64,000 bases of DNA from Candidatus Caribbeanibacter nitroreducens (lineage in GTDB: Bacteria > Gemmatimonadota > Gemmatimonadetes > Palauibacterales > Palauibacteraceae). Positions 38,538 to 47,447 of the stretch are shown here, one piece after another. Both the position numbers and the translations under genes were made by a program. Positions within the stretch are counted from its first letter, which is position 1. The number at the start of each line of letters is the position of its first letter. The stretch is from contig CANPVF010000123.1 of assembly GCA_947581645.1 (NCBI GenBank), forward strand, positions 12,838 through 76,837, written 5' to 3'. The notes beneath the pieces were generated by a model, which saw only the letters and a program-made list of their open reading frames with translations, ran no database searches and was not told the DNA's origin.

Positions 38538-39182
38538 GTGGCCGAGGCCAGGGGACCGGTGGGACCGGACGAGGCGTACGACATCCTGCGGGCGCTCAGC
38601 TCGCCGCTGGTGGCCATCACGACCCGCCGCGGCGACCGGGTGAACGGCATGATCGCCAACAGCGCGCTGCGCGCCTCCCTCGTCCCCGGCCGCCAGCGGG
38701 TGGCCAACTACGTCTTCAAGAAGCACCTGACCCACGAGCTCCTCGTGGAGACCGGCCGGTACGTGCTGCACCTCCTGGCCCGGGACCAGTGGGACGTGAT
38801 CCGCGCCCTGGGCTTCGAGTCCGGTCGGGAGCGCGACAAGATCGAGGACGTGCCGCATGGCTTCACGGACACCTGGCAGCTGCCCGTCCTCGAGGGCTGT
38901 GTGGCATGGATGCGGTGCGAGGTGGCCAACGTGATGGACACCGGCGCGTCGACCTTCTTCATGGGCGACATCCGCGAGGTGCACCGGGGGAGCGGGGACG
39001 AGGTGATGGACAGCGCGTACTTCCGCGAGAATGCCCCCGACGCGTGGGAGGAGCCCTACCGGCGAAACCTGCGGGAGACGCAGGAGCAGGCCCGCCGGAT
39101 GCAGGGAGAGATCGACGACCGCCCGTGGCGGCGGCTGAGGCGCTTCGGCGCGGACGGGGAGGGGACTGAGGGCGGCCCGTGA
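38538..39182 (+). CDS. flavin reductase-like (FMN-binding split-barrel) domain protein
   Basis: 'VAITTRRGDRVNGMIANS' and later blocks match the flavin_reduct family. GTG start with GGGAGAGGAGAGG RBS. Confidence 0.65.
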   Translation: MAEARGPVGPDEAYDILRALSSPLVAITTRRGDRVNGMIANSALRASLVPGRQRVANYVFKKHLTHELLVETGRYVLHLLARDQWDVIRALGFESGRERDKIEDVPHGFTDTWQLPVLEGCVAWMRCEVANVMDTGASTFFMGDIREVHRGSGDEVMDSAYFRENAPDAWEEPYRRNLRETQEQARRMQGEIDDRPWRRLRRFGADGEGTEGGP

Positions 39183-39190
39183 CGGGCCGG

Positions 39191-39213
39191 GGGGCGGACG
39201 GATCGTCCGCCCC
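39191..39213 (+). terminator. GC-rich perfect hairpin downstream of the flavin reductase gene (candidate intrinsic terminator)
   Basis: ggggcggacg-gat-cgtccgcccc forms a perfect 10-bp inverted repeat, followed by 'tt'. Lies 9 nt after the stop codon. Confidence 0.4.
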
Positions 39214-39296
39214 TTGACCGCGGGCGGCTCCGGTGCCTTCGTAGGAGACCCCGCCCGCCCGGGTCTTCGGTGGCGCGGCGGGCGGTACGGTCTCGA

Positions 39297-39380
39297 GCCG
39301 GGGTGGCGGAACTGGCATACGCAGCGGACTTAAAATCCGCCGGCCTTCGGGCCATGTGGGTTCAAATCCCGCCCCCGGCA
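39297..39380 (+). tRNA. tRNA-Leu (anticodon TAA), class II with long variable arm
   Basis: Manual cloverleaf: acceptor GCCGGGG/CCCCGGC, anticodon stem GCGGA/TCCGC with loop CTTAAAA (anticodon UAA), variable-arm hairpin GGCC-TTCG-GGCC, T-arm GTGGG-TTCAAAT-CCCGC, discriminator A. No encoded CCA. Confidence 0.8.
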
Positions 39381-39395
39381 CTGATGTCGGGTTCG

Positions 39396-40754
39396 CTATG
39401 ACCCGGATCCCGCCGCTCTCCGTCGTTGCGCGGCCGATCGGGGCGACGCCCCGTCCTCACGATCCACGTTCCCGGCCTCGCGGCTGGGGAGCCCCAGCTG
39501 CAGAGCGCGGGTGACGACTTCCGGGTCGAACTGCTCGCCCGCATTCTCCTCGAGCTCCTCTGCGACGACCGACGGCGGCAGCGGCGCCTGATAGGACCGC
39601 TCACTGCGCATGGCGTCGATCGCGTCGACGACACTGATGATGCGAGCCGGCAGTGGGATCTCCTCTCCCGCCAGGCCGTCCGGGTAGCCCGCGCCGTCCC
39701 AGCGCTCGTGATGGTGGCGTACGCCTCCGAGCACTTCGTCGTCCAGCGCCCGAACCTCCGACAGCAGCTCCTCGCCCCGGATGGGGTGCTGTTCGATCAG
39801 TTCCCGCTGCTCCTCGCTGAGAGGACCGTCCTTGGTGAGCACACCCTGAAAGATCATCTCCAGCTTTCCGATGTCGTGCAGCAGGGCGGCGTATTCGACC
39901 ACCTCCACCTCGGAGGCGCCGAGGTCCAGGACCTCTGCGATTTCCCGACAGCGCCGCGCCACGCGCACGGAGTGACCCGAGGTGTAGGGATCCTGCTTCT
40001 CGAGCAGGGTGACGAGCATGCCCACCAGATCCCAGAGGACCTCGTGCAGGTGGGTCTGAACGGTCGTGAAGACGTGGGCCGCGACCAGCGGCAGGCCGAG
40101 CAGGGGCAGGGCGAGGGCCCCCCAGTCCAGGTACAGGTGGACCACCAGGAACGTGAGCACGGCGACGCCAAGGTCGACGGCGATGTTCAGCTCGTCGCGG
40201 ACCTTCTTCCAGCTGAGCCACCATTCGTCCTCTCCGGTGGCCGTGATGATCGAGGCGTACGCAACCGTGTTGACCGCGAAGAAGGTCACCGTGGCGGCCA
40301 GGTACGCCACGAACGTCGGGGCGGGGCGCAGCTCGGCGCCGGATCCCACCGCCCCCCCGAGGAACACGTAGACCCCGGCCGCCAGCACGGCCGACAGACT
40401 GATCTGGGCGACGTTGAAGATGGTCCGGCGAGCGGGGCGGGCCCGGTAGAGCCCGAACACGAGCGGTCCGGAGAGCGCCACCAGTCCCGTCCCCGCCGGT
40501 CCGACGACGACCATGGCCGCCAGGATGGGAATGTGGTCCAGCATGATACGACTGCCGTGGCGGCGGTACTCCACCCCTGCCAGCTCGGAGACCACCGCGA
40601 GCGCGGCCAGGGCGGCAACGAGGGCCCACCACGTCGGGCGGGCGAGCGCGGGCCCGGCCGTCAGGACGGCGGCCGCGAGCGCCAGAGCGGCGATCCCGGC
40701 GGTTGCAGCGATCACCTGGCGCGGACGGAGCGTACGGAAGAGTTGCTGGGCCAC
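39396..40754 (-). CDS. HD-GYP domain protein with N-terminal multi-TM sensor domain (c-di-GMP phosphodiesterase family)
   Basis: C-terminal HD-GYP domain ('HSVRVARRCREIAE', 'AALLHDIGK', 'HHERWDGAGYPDGL'). About 6 N-terminal TM helices. Start uncertain: the track ORF extends to a GTG at 40898 with no RBS. Confidence 0.75.
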   Translation of the reverse strand: MAQQLFRTLRPRQVIAATAGIAALALAAAVLTAGPALARPTWWALVAALAALAVVSELAGVEYRRHGSRIMLDHIPILAAMVVVGPAGTGLVALSGPLVFGLYRARPARRTIFNVAQISLSAVLAAGVYVFLGGAVGSGAELRPAPTFVAYLAATVTFFAVNTVAYASIITATGEDEWWLSWKKVRDELNIAVDLGVAVLTFLVVHLYLDWGALALPLLGLPLVAAHVFTTVQTHLHEVLWDLVGMLVTLLEKQDPYTSGHSVRVARRCREIAEVLDLGASEVEVVEYAALLHDIGKLEMIFQGVLTKDGPLSEEQRELIEQHPIRGEELLSEVRALDDEVLGGVRHHHERWDGAGYPDGLAGEEIPLPARIISVVDAIDAMRSERSYQAPLPPSVVAEELEENAGEQFDPEVVTRALQLGLPSREAGNVDREDGASPRSAAQRRRAAGSGS

Positions 40755-41172
40755 GAACGTTGGAGGGCTCGGAGACCGGGGGCGGACACGTTCCGAACTG
40801 GCGCAGGCGACGTTCCGCCGCCGCCATCCCGTGAGGTCGGAGGGGTATAAGTACGTTTGCCGGACTACATGGGCCGCCTCCCGATATCCCCAACGCACAG
40901 AGGGTACATTGCCCCACGTAGAAAATGACGGCCATCTGTCAGCGGCCGGAACGGGGGCATCGGGATCCCGATTCGGTTGATGCTGTCACGAATGGGCTCG
41001 CAGAAGGAGCCGGGTCAGGGGCTGAGCCCGTCCGAAGGGGTGGCAGGATGCAAGGAGCCTTGAACATTGCGGGATAGATCGCCCTCGTGCCCCCGGTGGG
41101 CTGCGAGGTGCGCGTCCGTGCGGTACCGGATCAATCAATCAGGAGCGTCTCCCGTCTCCCAACGGGGAACGG

Positions 41173-41478
41173 TCAGACCGGGTCCAGGCGTATCCGAACC
41201 GGCCGCTCCGTCCAGTCCGGCTCCGCGGTCCGGTCCGCCTCCACCGGGTCGAGGCGGAACCGTGCCTTGGCCGCCTCCTCGACGTCCGTGTGGTAGTCGA
41301 CCGTCACGCCCCCCTCCTCGAGCCAGTCGCTGAGGGGAGGATGCAGGTCGGCCGCCCCGATCGTGAAGCGGTACCCCCCGTCCCCGGTCTGCTCGAAGTC
41401 GCGGGGCGGCCGGGTGAACTCGTGCACCTCGTCCTCCCCGTCCAGGGGGCGCCGAAATCCGGGCATTCCCATGGGCAT
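41173..41478 (-). CDS. hypothetical protein (101 aa)
   Basis: GGAGAGG RBS before ATG at 41478. Acidic soluble protein, no family recognised. Confidence 0.4.
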   Translation of the reverse strand: MPMGMPGFRRPLDGEDEVHEFTRPPRDFEQTGDGGYRFTIGAADLHPPLSDWLEEGGVTVDYHTDVEEAAKARFRLDPVEADRTAEPDWTERPVRIRLDPV

Positions 41479-41620
41479 GTCCTCTCCGGTCGATACTCTG
41501 TCTCGTCTCGCCGTCCCGCCCCTGAAGATCGTCGGCGCCCGCTTCCGGGTCCATCGCTCGCCAGGGCGCGGTTCGCCGGACGCGCGGTGCCCGGAGGGGC
41601 TGTGCGGTGACGGGTCCGGC

Positions 41621-42535
41621 TCACCACCACCCGGCGGCCGTCACCAGGAGCGCGTAGACGGCGGGCAGGTAGAGCAGGGTGCCGAGGAAGAGTCGGCGCG
41701 CCCCGCGGTCCGAGGGGCTCACGCCCACGGGGAGCGCCAGAGCGATCAGGCCTCCCCCCAGCGCCGACGCCCCGGCGGCGTAGCCCGCCCCCAGCCCGCC
41801 GGCCGCCCACGGGAGGAGGGACGTGGCGGCGAGCAGGACGGTGGTCGACACCGCCGCCACCGACGTGGCGCCTCCGTCCGGGCGCAGGGTGGCCAGCGTC
41901 CGGAAGCCGCCGCGGCGGTAGTCCTCCCGGAGCAGCCAGTCCAGGGCGAAGAAGTGGGGCAGCTGCCACAGGAAGAGGAGGGCGAACAGGATCCAGGCCT
42001 CCGCCGAGAGCTCGCCGGCCGCCGCCTGCCAGCCGCCGAGGATCGGAAGGGCGCCCGGGACGCCGCCGACGATGGTCGCCAGCCAGGTGTGACGCTTGAG
42101 CGGCGTGTAGACCAGGTCGTAGACGGCCACGGTCAGCGCCGCCAGCGCCGCGGCCACGGGATCCACCAGCAGGAGGACCGCCGGCCCGCCGGCGGCCAGC
42201 AGGAGGCCGAAGCCCAGCGCCGCGCCGGAGGAGAGCCTGTCCCCGGGGAGCGGCCGATCCCGGGTGCGGCGCATGCGGGCGTCGGCGGCCCGCTCCAGCC
42301 ACTGGTTCAGGGCGTTCGTGCCCCCGGCGGCCAGCGCGGTGCCGAGCAGGGTGAGGGCCAGATCAAGCAGTCGGCCGTCCAGGTGGGCGGCCTCCAGCTC
42401 CCAGCCCGGGCCCGCGCCCAGCAGGAAGCCGACGCCGGCGCTGAGGACCACGAAGCCGGTGATGCCCGGCTTGGTCAGCTCCAGGCAGGCCCGGACCGCG
42501 CCCCGAACTGCGGGCGGCTCTCCGTCCTCCCTCAT
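41621..42535 (-). CDS. ctaB: protoheme IX farnesyltransferase (heme O synthase)
   Basis: UbiA-family polyprenyltransferase with about 8-9 TM helices and motifs typical of CyoE/CtaB ('GTNALNQWLERAADARMRRTRDRPLP'). Sits downstream of oxidase subunit genes. Confidence 0.85.
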   Translation of the reverse strand: MREDGEPPAVRGAVRACLELTKPGITGFVVLSAGVGFLLGAGPGWELEAAHLDGRLLDLALTLLGTALAAGGTNALNQWLERAADARMRRTRDRPLPGDRLSSGAALGFGLLLAAGGPAVLLLVDPVAAALAALTVAVYDLVYTPLKRHTWLATIVGGVPGALPILGGWQAAAGELSAEAWILFALLFLWQLPHFFALDWLLREDYRRGGFRTLATLRPDGGATSVAAVSTTVLLAATSLLPWAAGGLGAGYAAGASALGGGLIALALPVGVSPSDRGARRLFLGTLLYLPAVYALLVTAAGWW

Positions 42536-42573
42536 CCTTCCATCATCGCTCGTTGCGTCCGTCGCTGGCCGCG

Positions 42574-42750
42574 CTACGCGCCGAAGGTCGCCGTCAGGGA
42601 GCGAACGAAGCTGATCACCGACACCACGAACAGCAGGCCGAGCACGATCATCGCCGGCCAGTAGCCCGGATCCGTCTCGTCGTTGGCCGGGTCCGACGGG
42701 TCGCGTCGACCGGAGTCAGCGCCCGGCGCTTCAGCCTTCTCGTCTCTCAT
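42574..42750 (-). CDS. hypothetical 58-aa single-TM protein in oxidase operon (not in ORF track)
   Basis: My own translation gives 'MRDEKAEAPGADSGRRDPSDPANDETDPGYWPAMIVLGLLFVVSVISFVRSLTATFGA'. It is preceded by a strong RBS GAAGGAGGAGCC and lies between oxidase subunit I and ctaB. Confidence 0.4.
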   Translation of the reverse strand: MRDEKAEAPGADSGRRDPSDPANDETDPGYWPAMIVLGLLFVVSVISFVRSLTATFGA

Positions 42751-42823
42751 CGCCTGGCTCCTCCTTCACGGTGGAATCGATGCAGAATCGAACCTCGAAC
42801 CGGAGTCGATGACGGTGTCCTCC

Positions 42824-44533
42824 TCATGCCCCGAATTCCCACAGCCGGGCCAGCCACATCCAGTCCACTGCGTAGAAGAGGCCCAGCACGAAGAGCAGGA
42901 AGGCCGTCAGGGCCGCCGTGCCACGCATCGAGGTCAGGTGGGCCGACGTCCCGACCGTCTCCAGGCCGGAGTAGTCGGGCAGCATCTCCGAGGGGCGGGT
43001 CTCCTCGCCGAACAGGAGCGACCCCACGGCCACGATCACGAAGGCCGCCCCGGCGAGCACCGCCAGCACCGCGGTCACCCCCATGACGCCGAACAGAGGA
43101 GCGGACGCGGAGAAGTCGAACGCGGTGCCCGGGAGGTCCATCACCGACGGATGGCGGCGCGGCACCCCGTAGATGATGCCGATGTCCATCATCGCCAGCA
43201 CGACGATGCCCATGGCCCCGGCGTAGAAGAACGGCTGCGCCTTCGCCATCCACTTGGCCACCCAGTCGCGCCGGAAGAGCAGCTTGATGCCGTAGAAGGC
43301 GAAGCCCATGAAGGCCAGGGTCGTGCCCACCGCGACGGTGCCGTGGAAGTGGCCGGGCACGGCGAAGGTGTTGTGGCGGAGCGTGTTGAGCTGCATCTGC
43401 CCCATGAGGACGCCGGTGATGCCGCCCATGAAGCCGAAGAGGATGATGCTGAACGTGGTGGCCGAGAACCCGGGATCCGACCACGGGGCGCTCTTGAGCC
43501 ACCCGAACCATCCGTCGCCGAGCCCCTTCCGGCGGCGTCCCACCTCCAGGCCCGCCGGGATGGAGAAGGCGTGGATCAGGCTGGCCAGCACGGCCCCGTA
43601 GGTGGCGTACGAGCAGTTCCACATCCTCCACCCGGAGGAGACCACCGGGTCCGCGAGGATGTGGTGGGCCGCGCCCAGGTTGATGAAGAACACGTACAGG
43701 ATGAACGCCGACCGGGAGACTTTCTCGCTGATGACCTCCGCGCCGCCGGCCACGTAGGTCATGAAGTACCAGACGGTGATCATGGCCACGAGATTGATCT
43801 GCTGGGTGCCGTGGCCGATGGTCCAGTACATCTGCCGGTACCAGGAGGCGTCGATGCTCTCCAGCGCCCCGATCCGCCACAGGAAGGTGGGCACGTAGGT
43901 GATCAGGCCGCCCAGGAGCGCCTCCAGGGCGATGATGGAGGTCATGAAGGCCCCGAAGGTCACCAGCGGCAGCGACCGGTCCGGGTTCTCGACCTTCTCC
44001 TGCCAGATCGAGGTGAAGAAGGGCAGGGCGGCGACCACGGCGCCCAGGATGAAGAGGATCGCCCCCAGGTAGAAGAGCGGATGGGACTCCAGCGGGGCGT
44101 AGGAGGTGAGGAGCGGCTGGTAGTTCGGCGGGCTCGAGACCCACACGGCGTACAGGATGAGGCCCGCCGAGCCGACCATCAGGCTCCAGCCGGTCCACGC
44201 CAGCTTCGGCGCCGGCAGCTTCCGGCCCAGCACCATCGGCCCGCCCACGTACAGGATGGCGATCTCCATGAAGACCATCCAGAAGATGAGCAGGCTCCAC
44301 GCGTGCACGCTGAGCCACTTGTAGAAGTCGGCGGCCGGGAGGAGCCCCACCGCCTCCCACCGGGTGAGGGCCACCAGCAGCGCCGCGATCCCGCCCAGCA
44401 CCATCGCCACGACGGCGGTGATCACGAACAGCTTCACCGGCCGCTCGGCCGAGCGGTGCAGCTTCAGGCCGGTGACCGAGCAGCTGCGGAAGCCGTCCTC
44501 GTCGTAGGGTGCCGACAGCAGCGCGAGATTCAT
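42824..44533 (-). CDS. cbaA: heme-copper oxidase subunit I, B-family (ba3-type) cytochrome c oxidase
   Basis: 569 aa, about 13 TM helices, heme/CuB ligand regions ('ESHPLFYLGAILF', 'AAHHILADPV', 'GHFHGTVAVGTT'). The B-family call rests on its pairing with a single-TM subunit II and a IIa-like ORF. Confidence 0.85.
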   Translation of the reverse strand: MNLALLSAPYDEDGFRSCSVTGLKLHRSAERPVKLFVITAVVAMVLGGIAALLVALTRWEAVGLLPAADFYKWLSVHAWSLLIFWMVFMEIAILYVGGPMVLGRKLPAPKLAWTGWSLMVGSAGLILYAVWVSSPPNYQPLLTSYAPLESHPLFYLGAILFILGAVVAALPFFTSIWQEKVENPDRSLPLVTFGAFMTSIIALEALLGGLITYVPTFLWRIGALESIDASWYRQMYWTIGHGTQQINLVAMITVWYFMTYVAGGAEVISEKVSRSAFILYVFFINLGAAHHILADPVVSSGWRMWNCSYATYGAVLASLIHAFSIPAGLEVGRRRKGLGDGWFGWLKSAPWSDPGFSATTFSIILFGFMGGITGVLMGQMQLNTLRHNTFAVPGHFHGTVAVGTTLAFMGFAFYGIKLLFRRDWVAKWMAKAQPFFYAGAMGIVVLAMMDIGIIYGVPRRHPSVMDLPGTAFDFSASAPLFGVMGVTAVLAVLAGAAFVIVAVGSLLFGEETRPSEMLPDYSGLETVGTSAHLTSMRGTAALTAFLLFVLGLFYAVDWMWLARLWEFGA

Positions 44534-45081
44534 CAGCTACCCCCCTCCACCACGACGAACTTGCCCTGCATGCCGCTGTGGCCGAGCCCGCAGAACTCGT
44601 TGCAGACGACCCGGTAGGTGCCGGGGTCGTCGAAGGTCATGGGCACGACCCACTCGTAGCCGGGCAGCATCTGCAGGTTGAACTGCTGGATCAGGTCGTC
44701 CTCGTCCCGCACGGAGAAGCCGTGCTGGACGTCGTAGCTGCCCAGGTGCACCCGGTACTCCCGGCCGGCCTCGAGCACGACGGGAAGTCCGTCGAAGCCG
44801 AACTGCAGCCCCGCGATGTAGACGTCCCGGCCGGCGGGCCTGAGTCCCTGCTCGGTGCGGGTGGCCTTCTCCTTGTACGCGGCCACCTGCTTCCGGTACT
44901 GGGCGGAGCTAGTGGTATAGGTGCGGCCGGTGGGATTCTGGTCGCCGATGTGCATCCACCCGAACATCCACCCGAAGAGGATGACGGCGGTGATGATGCT
45001 CGCCCCGAGCCATTTCTTCTCGGTCGACGCCAGCGGGTTGTCCCACCAGTTGCCGTCCGGGGATCGAATCGGGGAGCTCAT
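44533..45081 (-). CDS. cbaB: cytochrome c oxidase subunit II, single-TM ba3-type (CuA cupredoxin)
   Basis: One TM helix and a cupredoxin domain with CuA ligands 'H...CNEFCGLGHSGM'. Stop overlaps the subunit I start by 1 nt. Confidence 0.85.
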   Translation of the reverse strand: MSSPIRSPDGNWWDNPLASTEKKWLGASIITAVILFGWMFGWMHIGDQNPTGRTYTTSSAQYRKQVAAYKEKATRTEQGLRPAGRDVYIAGLQFGFDGLPVVLEAGREYRVHLGSYDVQHGFSVRDEDDLIQQFNLQMLPGYEWVVPMTFDDPGTYRVVCNEFCGLGHSGMQGKFVVVEGGS

Positions 45082-45082
45082 C

Positions 45083-45248
45083 TCAACCTCCCGCGCCCGG
45101 CACGGAGAGGATGTCGACCAGGCCCCAGATCACGTAGGAGAGGAACCAGAAGACGATCGCGGCGCCGGCGATGAGCCAGACGCTGTCGTAGAGCTGCTGG
45201 GGCCAGGGGGGGGCGTCGTCGGCGGAAGCCGTCTCGTCATCGGACATC
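45083..45248 (-). CDS. candidate oxidase subunit IIa-like single-TM peptide (54 aa)
   Basis: GGGAGG RBS before ATG at 45248. 'QQLYDSVWLIAGAAIVFWFLSYVIWGLVDIL' is a single TM. Position matches cbaD immediately upstream of subunit II in ba3 operons. Confidence 0.45.
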
Positions 45249-45299
45249 ACGGACCTCCCGTGGGCCAGATGCGCGTGAACCGTCGGAGGCGATTCGGCC

Positions 45300-45340
45300 G
45301 CCTGCCCGGAGTTTCTAATAAAGGACCTCGATATGAGCAA
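45300..45340 (-). promoter_or_regulatory. AT-rich patch upstream of the oxidase operon (candidate promoter)
   Basis: Minus-strand 'cTTGCTCatatcgaggtcctTTATTAGaaact' is the most AT-rich stretch in the window, about 55-90 nt upstream of the IIa start. It has -35/-10-like hexamers with roughly a 14-15-nt spacer. Confidence 0.3.
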
Positions 45341-45407
45341 GCCGACCCGCCGGTGCGATCGGGGGACGGGACCCCGTCCGCGACCGGCCCGGTGATGTCC
45401 CTTCCGG

Positions 45408-47237
45408 TCAGGCGGACCGGGGGTTTTCGGCGGCCTCCGCCTCGCCGCCCTCCCCGGGATCGAGTTCGACCCCGGTCGGCTCCTCGTCCCGCCGCTGCAG
45501 CGTCCACAGCTCCGCGTATCGGCCGTCCCGCCGCAGGAGCTCCCGGTGGGATCCCGACTCGACGAGCCGTCCGTCCTCCAGGACGAAGATCGTGTCCGCG
45601 TCCTCGATGGTGCTCAGGCGATGCGCGATGACCACCGAGGTGAGCCGGTCGCCGCGGGCGAAGAGTCCGTCGAGCGCGTCCTGGATGACCGCCTCCGATT
45701 CGCTGTCGAGGTCCGAGGTGGCCTCGTCCAGCAGCAGGAGGCGGGCGTCGGCGAGGATCGCCCGGGCAATGGCCACCCGCTGCTTCTGTCCGCCGGAGAG
45801 CCGGACGCCGCGCTCGCCGATCTCCGTGGCGTAGCCCTGCGGCAGCCGGCGGATGAAGCCGTCGGCGTTGGCCATTCGGGCCGCCCGGCGCACCGCGTCG
45901 TCGGACGCACCGGGCTCGGCGTAACGGATGTTGTCGGCCACCGTGCCGGAGAAGAGCGTCGGATCCTGGGGCACCAGGGCGATGTGCCGCCGCAGGGCCG
46001 ACAGCTCGAACCGTCGCACGTCCCGGCCGCCGATCGCGACGCGGCCCTCGTCCGGATCCCGGAAGCGGCCGATGAGGTTGGCCACCGTGCTCTTCCCGGC
46101 TCCCGACGAGCCCACCAGGGCGGCGGTCCGACCGGGCTCGATGCGGAGCGAGAGATCATCGAGTGCCGGCTCGTCGGCGCCCGGATACGTGAAGCGAACG
46201 TCCTCGAGCTCGACCGCACCGACGGGCACCTCCTCCACGTGGCCGCCGGTCTCGGGGGCCGTGTCCACCAGGTCGGAGAGCCGCTCCAGGGCCGCCATCC
46301 CGGCCTGCAGCTTGTCGTTGAAGAACATCACCGACTGCACCGGACCCTGCAGCTGGCGCTGGTACATGATGAACGCCGTGAGCTCGCCGAGCGTGAGGCT
46401 GCCGCCCACCACCATCCCCCCGCCGATCAGGAGCAGGGCCCCGATGGCGTAGTTGGCCGTGATGTTGATGAGGCCCTCCATCTTCCCGACGTCCTTGCGG
46501 CGGTCCAGGTTGATGTCGACGTAGGCCCGGTTCTGGGTGCCGAAGCGGTCCCGCTCCTGCTGCTCGCCGACGAAGGCCTTCACCACCCGGATGTTCGAAA
46601 TCGTCTCCGTCGACGTGGCCGTCAGGCGCGCCACCGTCTCGCGGATGCTGCGGGACGCGGTGCGGAGAGGCTCCTGGAAGTGGTAGGTGATGGCGGCCAG
46701 GACGGGGAGCACCACCAGGTTCACCAGGGCCAGCTTCCAGTTCATCCATACAAGGACGCCGGCGACCACCAGGATGGAGACGAGCTGGCCCGAGAGGCGC
46801 GAGGCCGCCGCCTGGATCATGCCCTCCAGGGCGTTCGGGTCGCTCACGACGCGCGAGCTGAGCGAGCCGGACTGCTCGTCGTCGAAGCGGGAGACGGGCA
46901 ACGTGAGGAGATGCTCGTAGGCCTGCATCCGCACGTCGCTCACCACCTGCTGGGTGAGCGCGAAGCTCCAGTACATGCCCCCGTACTCGACGACGGCCCG
47001 GAACAGGTAGAAGCCCGCGAACGCGACGCCGAACCACAGGAAGCGTGAGCTGTCGCCGGCGGGTATCACCACGTCGAAGGCGTAGCGGACGAACTGGGGG
47101 CCCGCCGCCTCCAGGGCCGCGGTGAAGCTGATGAGCAGGGCCACCGCCACCACACGGTTCCGGTACGGCCTCAGGACGCCCCACAGCCGCTTCAGGATGG
47201 ACAGCGTGGATTTTCGGTCGGTCGCCGTGTCGGCCAT
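45408..47237 (-). CDS. ABC transporter, fused permease/ATP-binding protein (MsbA-like exporter)
   Basis: N-terminal 6-TM domain plus a nucleotide-binding domain with Walker A 'GSSGAGKST', signature 'LSGGQKQR', Walker B 'LLLDEATS'. Confidence 0.85.
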   Translation of the reverse strand: MADTATDRKSTLSILKRLWGVLRPYRNRVVAVALLISFTAALEAAGPQFVRYAFDVVIPAGDSSRFLWFGVAFAGFYLFRAVVEYGGMYWSFALTQQVVSDVRMQAYEHLLTLPVSRFDDEQSGSLSSRVVSDPNALEGMIQAAASRLSGQLVSILVVAGVLVWMNWKLALVNLVVLPVLAAITYHFQEPLRTASRSIRETVARLTATSTETISNIRVVKAFVGEQQERDRFGTQNRAYVDINLDRRKDVGKMEGLINITANYAIGALLLIGGGMVVGGSLTLGELTAFIMYQRQLQGPVQSVMFFNDKLQAGMAALERLSDLVDTAPETGGHVEEVPVGAVELEDVRFTYPGADEPALDDLSLRIEPGRTAALVGSSGAGKSTVANLIGRFRDPDEGRVAIGGRDVRRFELSALRRHIALVPQDPTLFSGTVADNIRYAEPGASDDAVRRAARMANADGFIRRLPQGYATEIGERGVRLSGGQKQRVAIARAILADARLLLLDEATSDLDSESEAVIQDALDGLFARGDRLTSVVIAHRLSTIEDADTIFVLEDGRLVESGSHRELLRRDGRYAELWTLQRRDEEPTGVELDPGEGGEAEAAENPRSA

Positions 47238-47447
47238 GGGGGGTGGGACTGTGAGGAGCGAGGACGCAGAAACCGATGCGCGGACAGTCGCCGTGTTGCC
47301 GGTTCACAGGCTGTGCCAGTGGAAGGACGGCGGCCGACGAACGGTGAGCTTGCCACGGGGCAGAACGAGCCGGACAATCGGGTACGGCAGGGCTGGACCC
47401 CGATCACGATCGAGGCGAGCACCGTCGCTCGAGTCCCGGGAGGAGGC

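Noticed and set aside
38959-39381. 140-aa minus-strand ORF across the tRNA-Leu locus
   Set aside because: It contains 'GAGFEPT', which is simply the translated tRNA T-arm (GGTTCAAATCC). It is a tRNA, not a CDS.
45364-45381. Hairpin ggacgg-gacc-ccgtcc after the ABC transporter gene as a terminator
   Set aside because: It is only a 6-bp stem with no U-tract on the transcribed strand. That is too weak to list as a feature.
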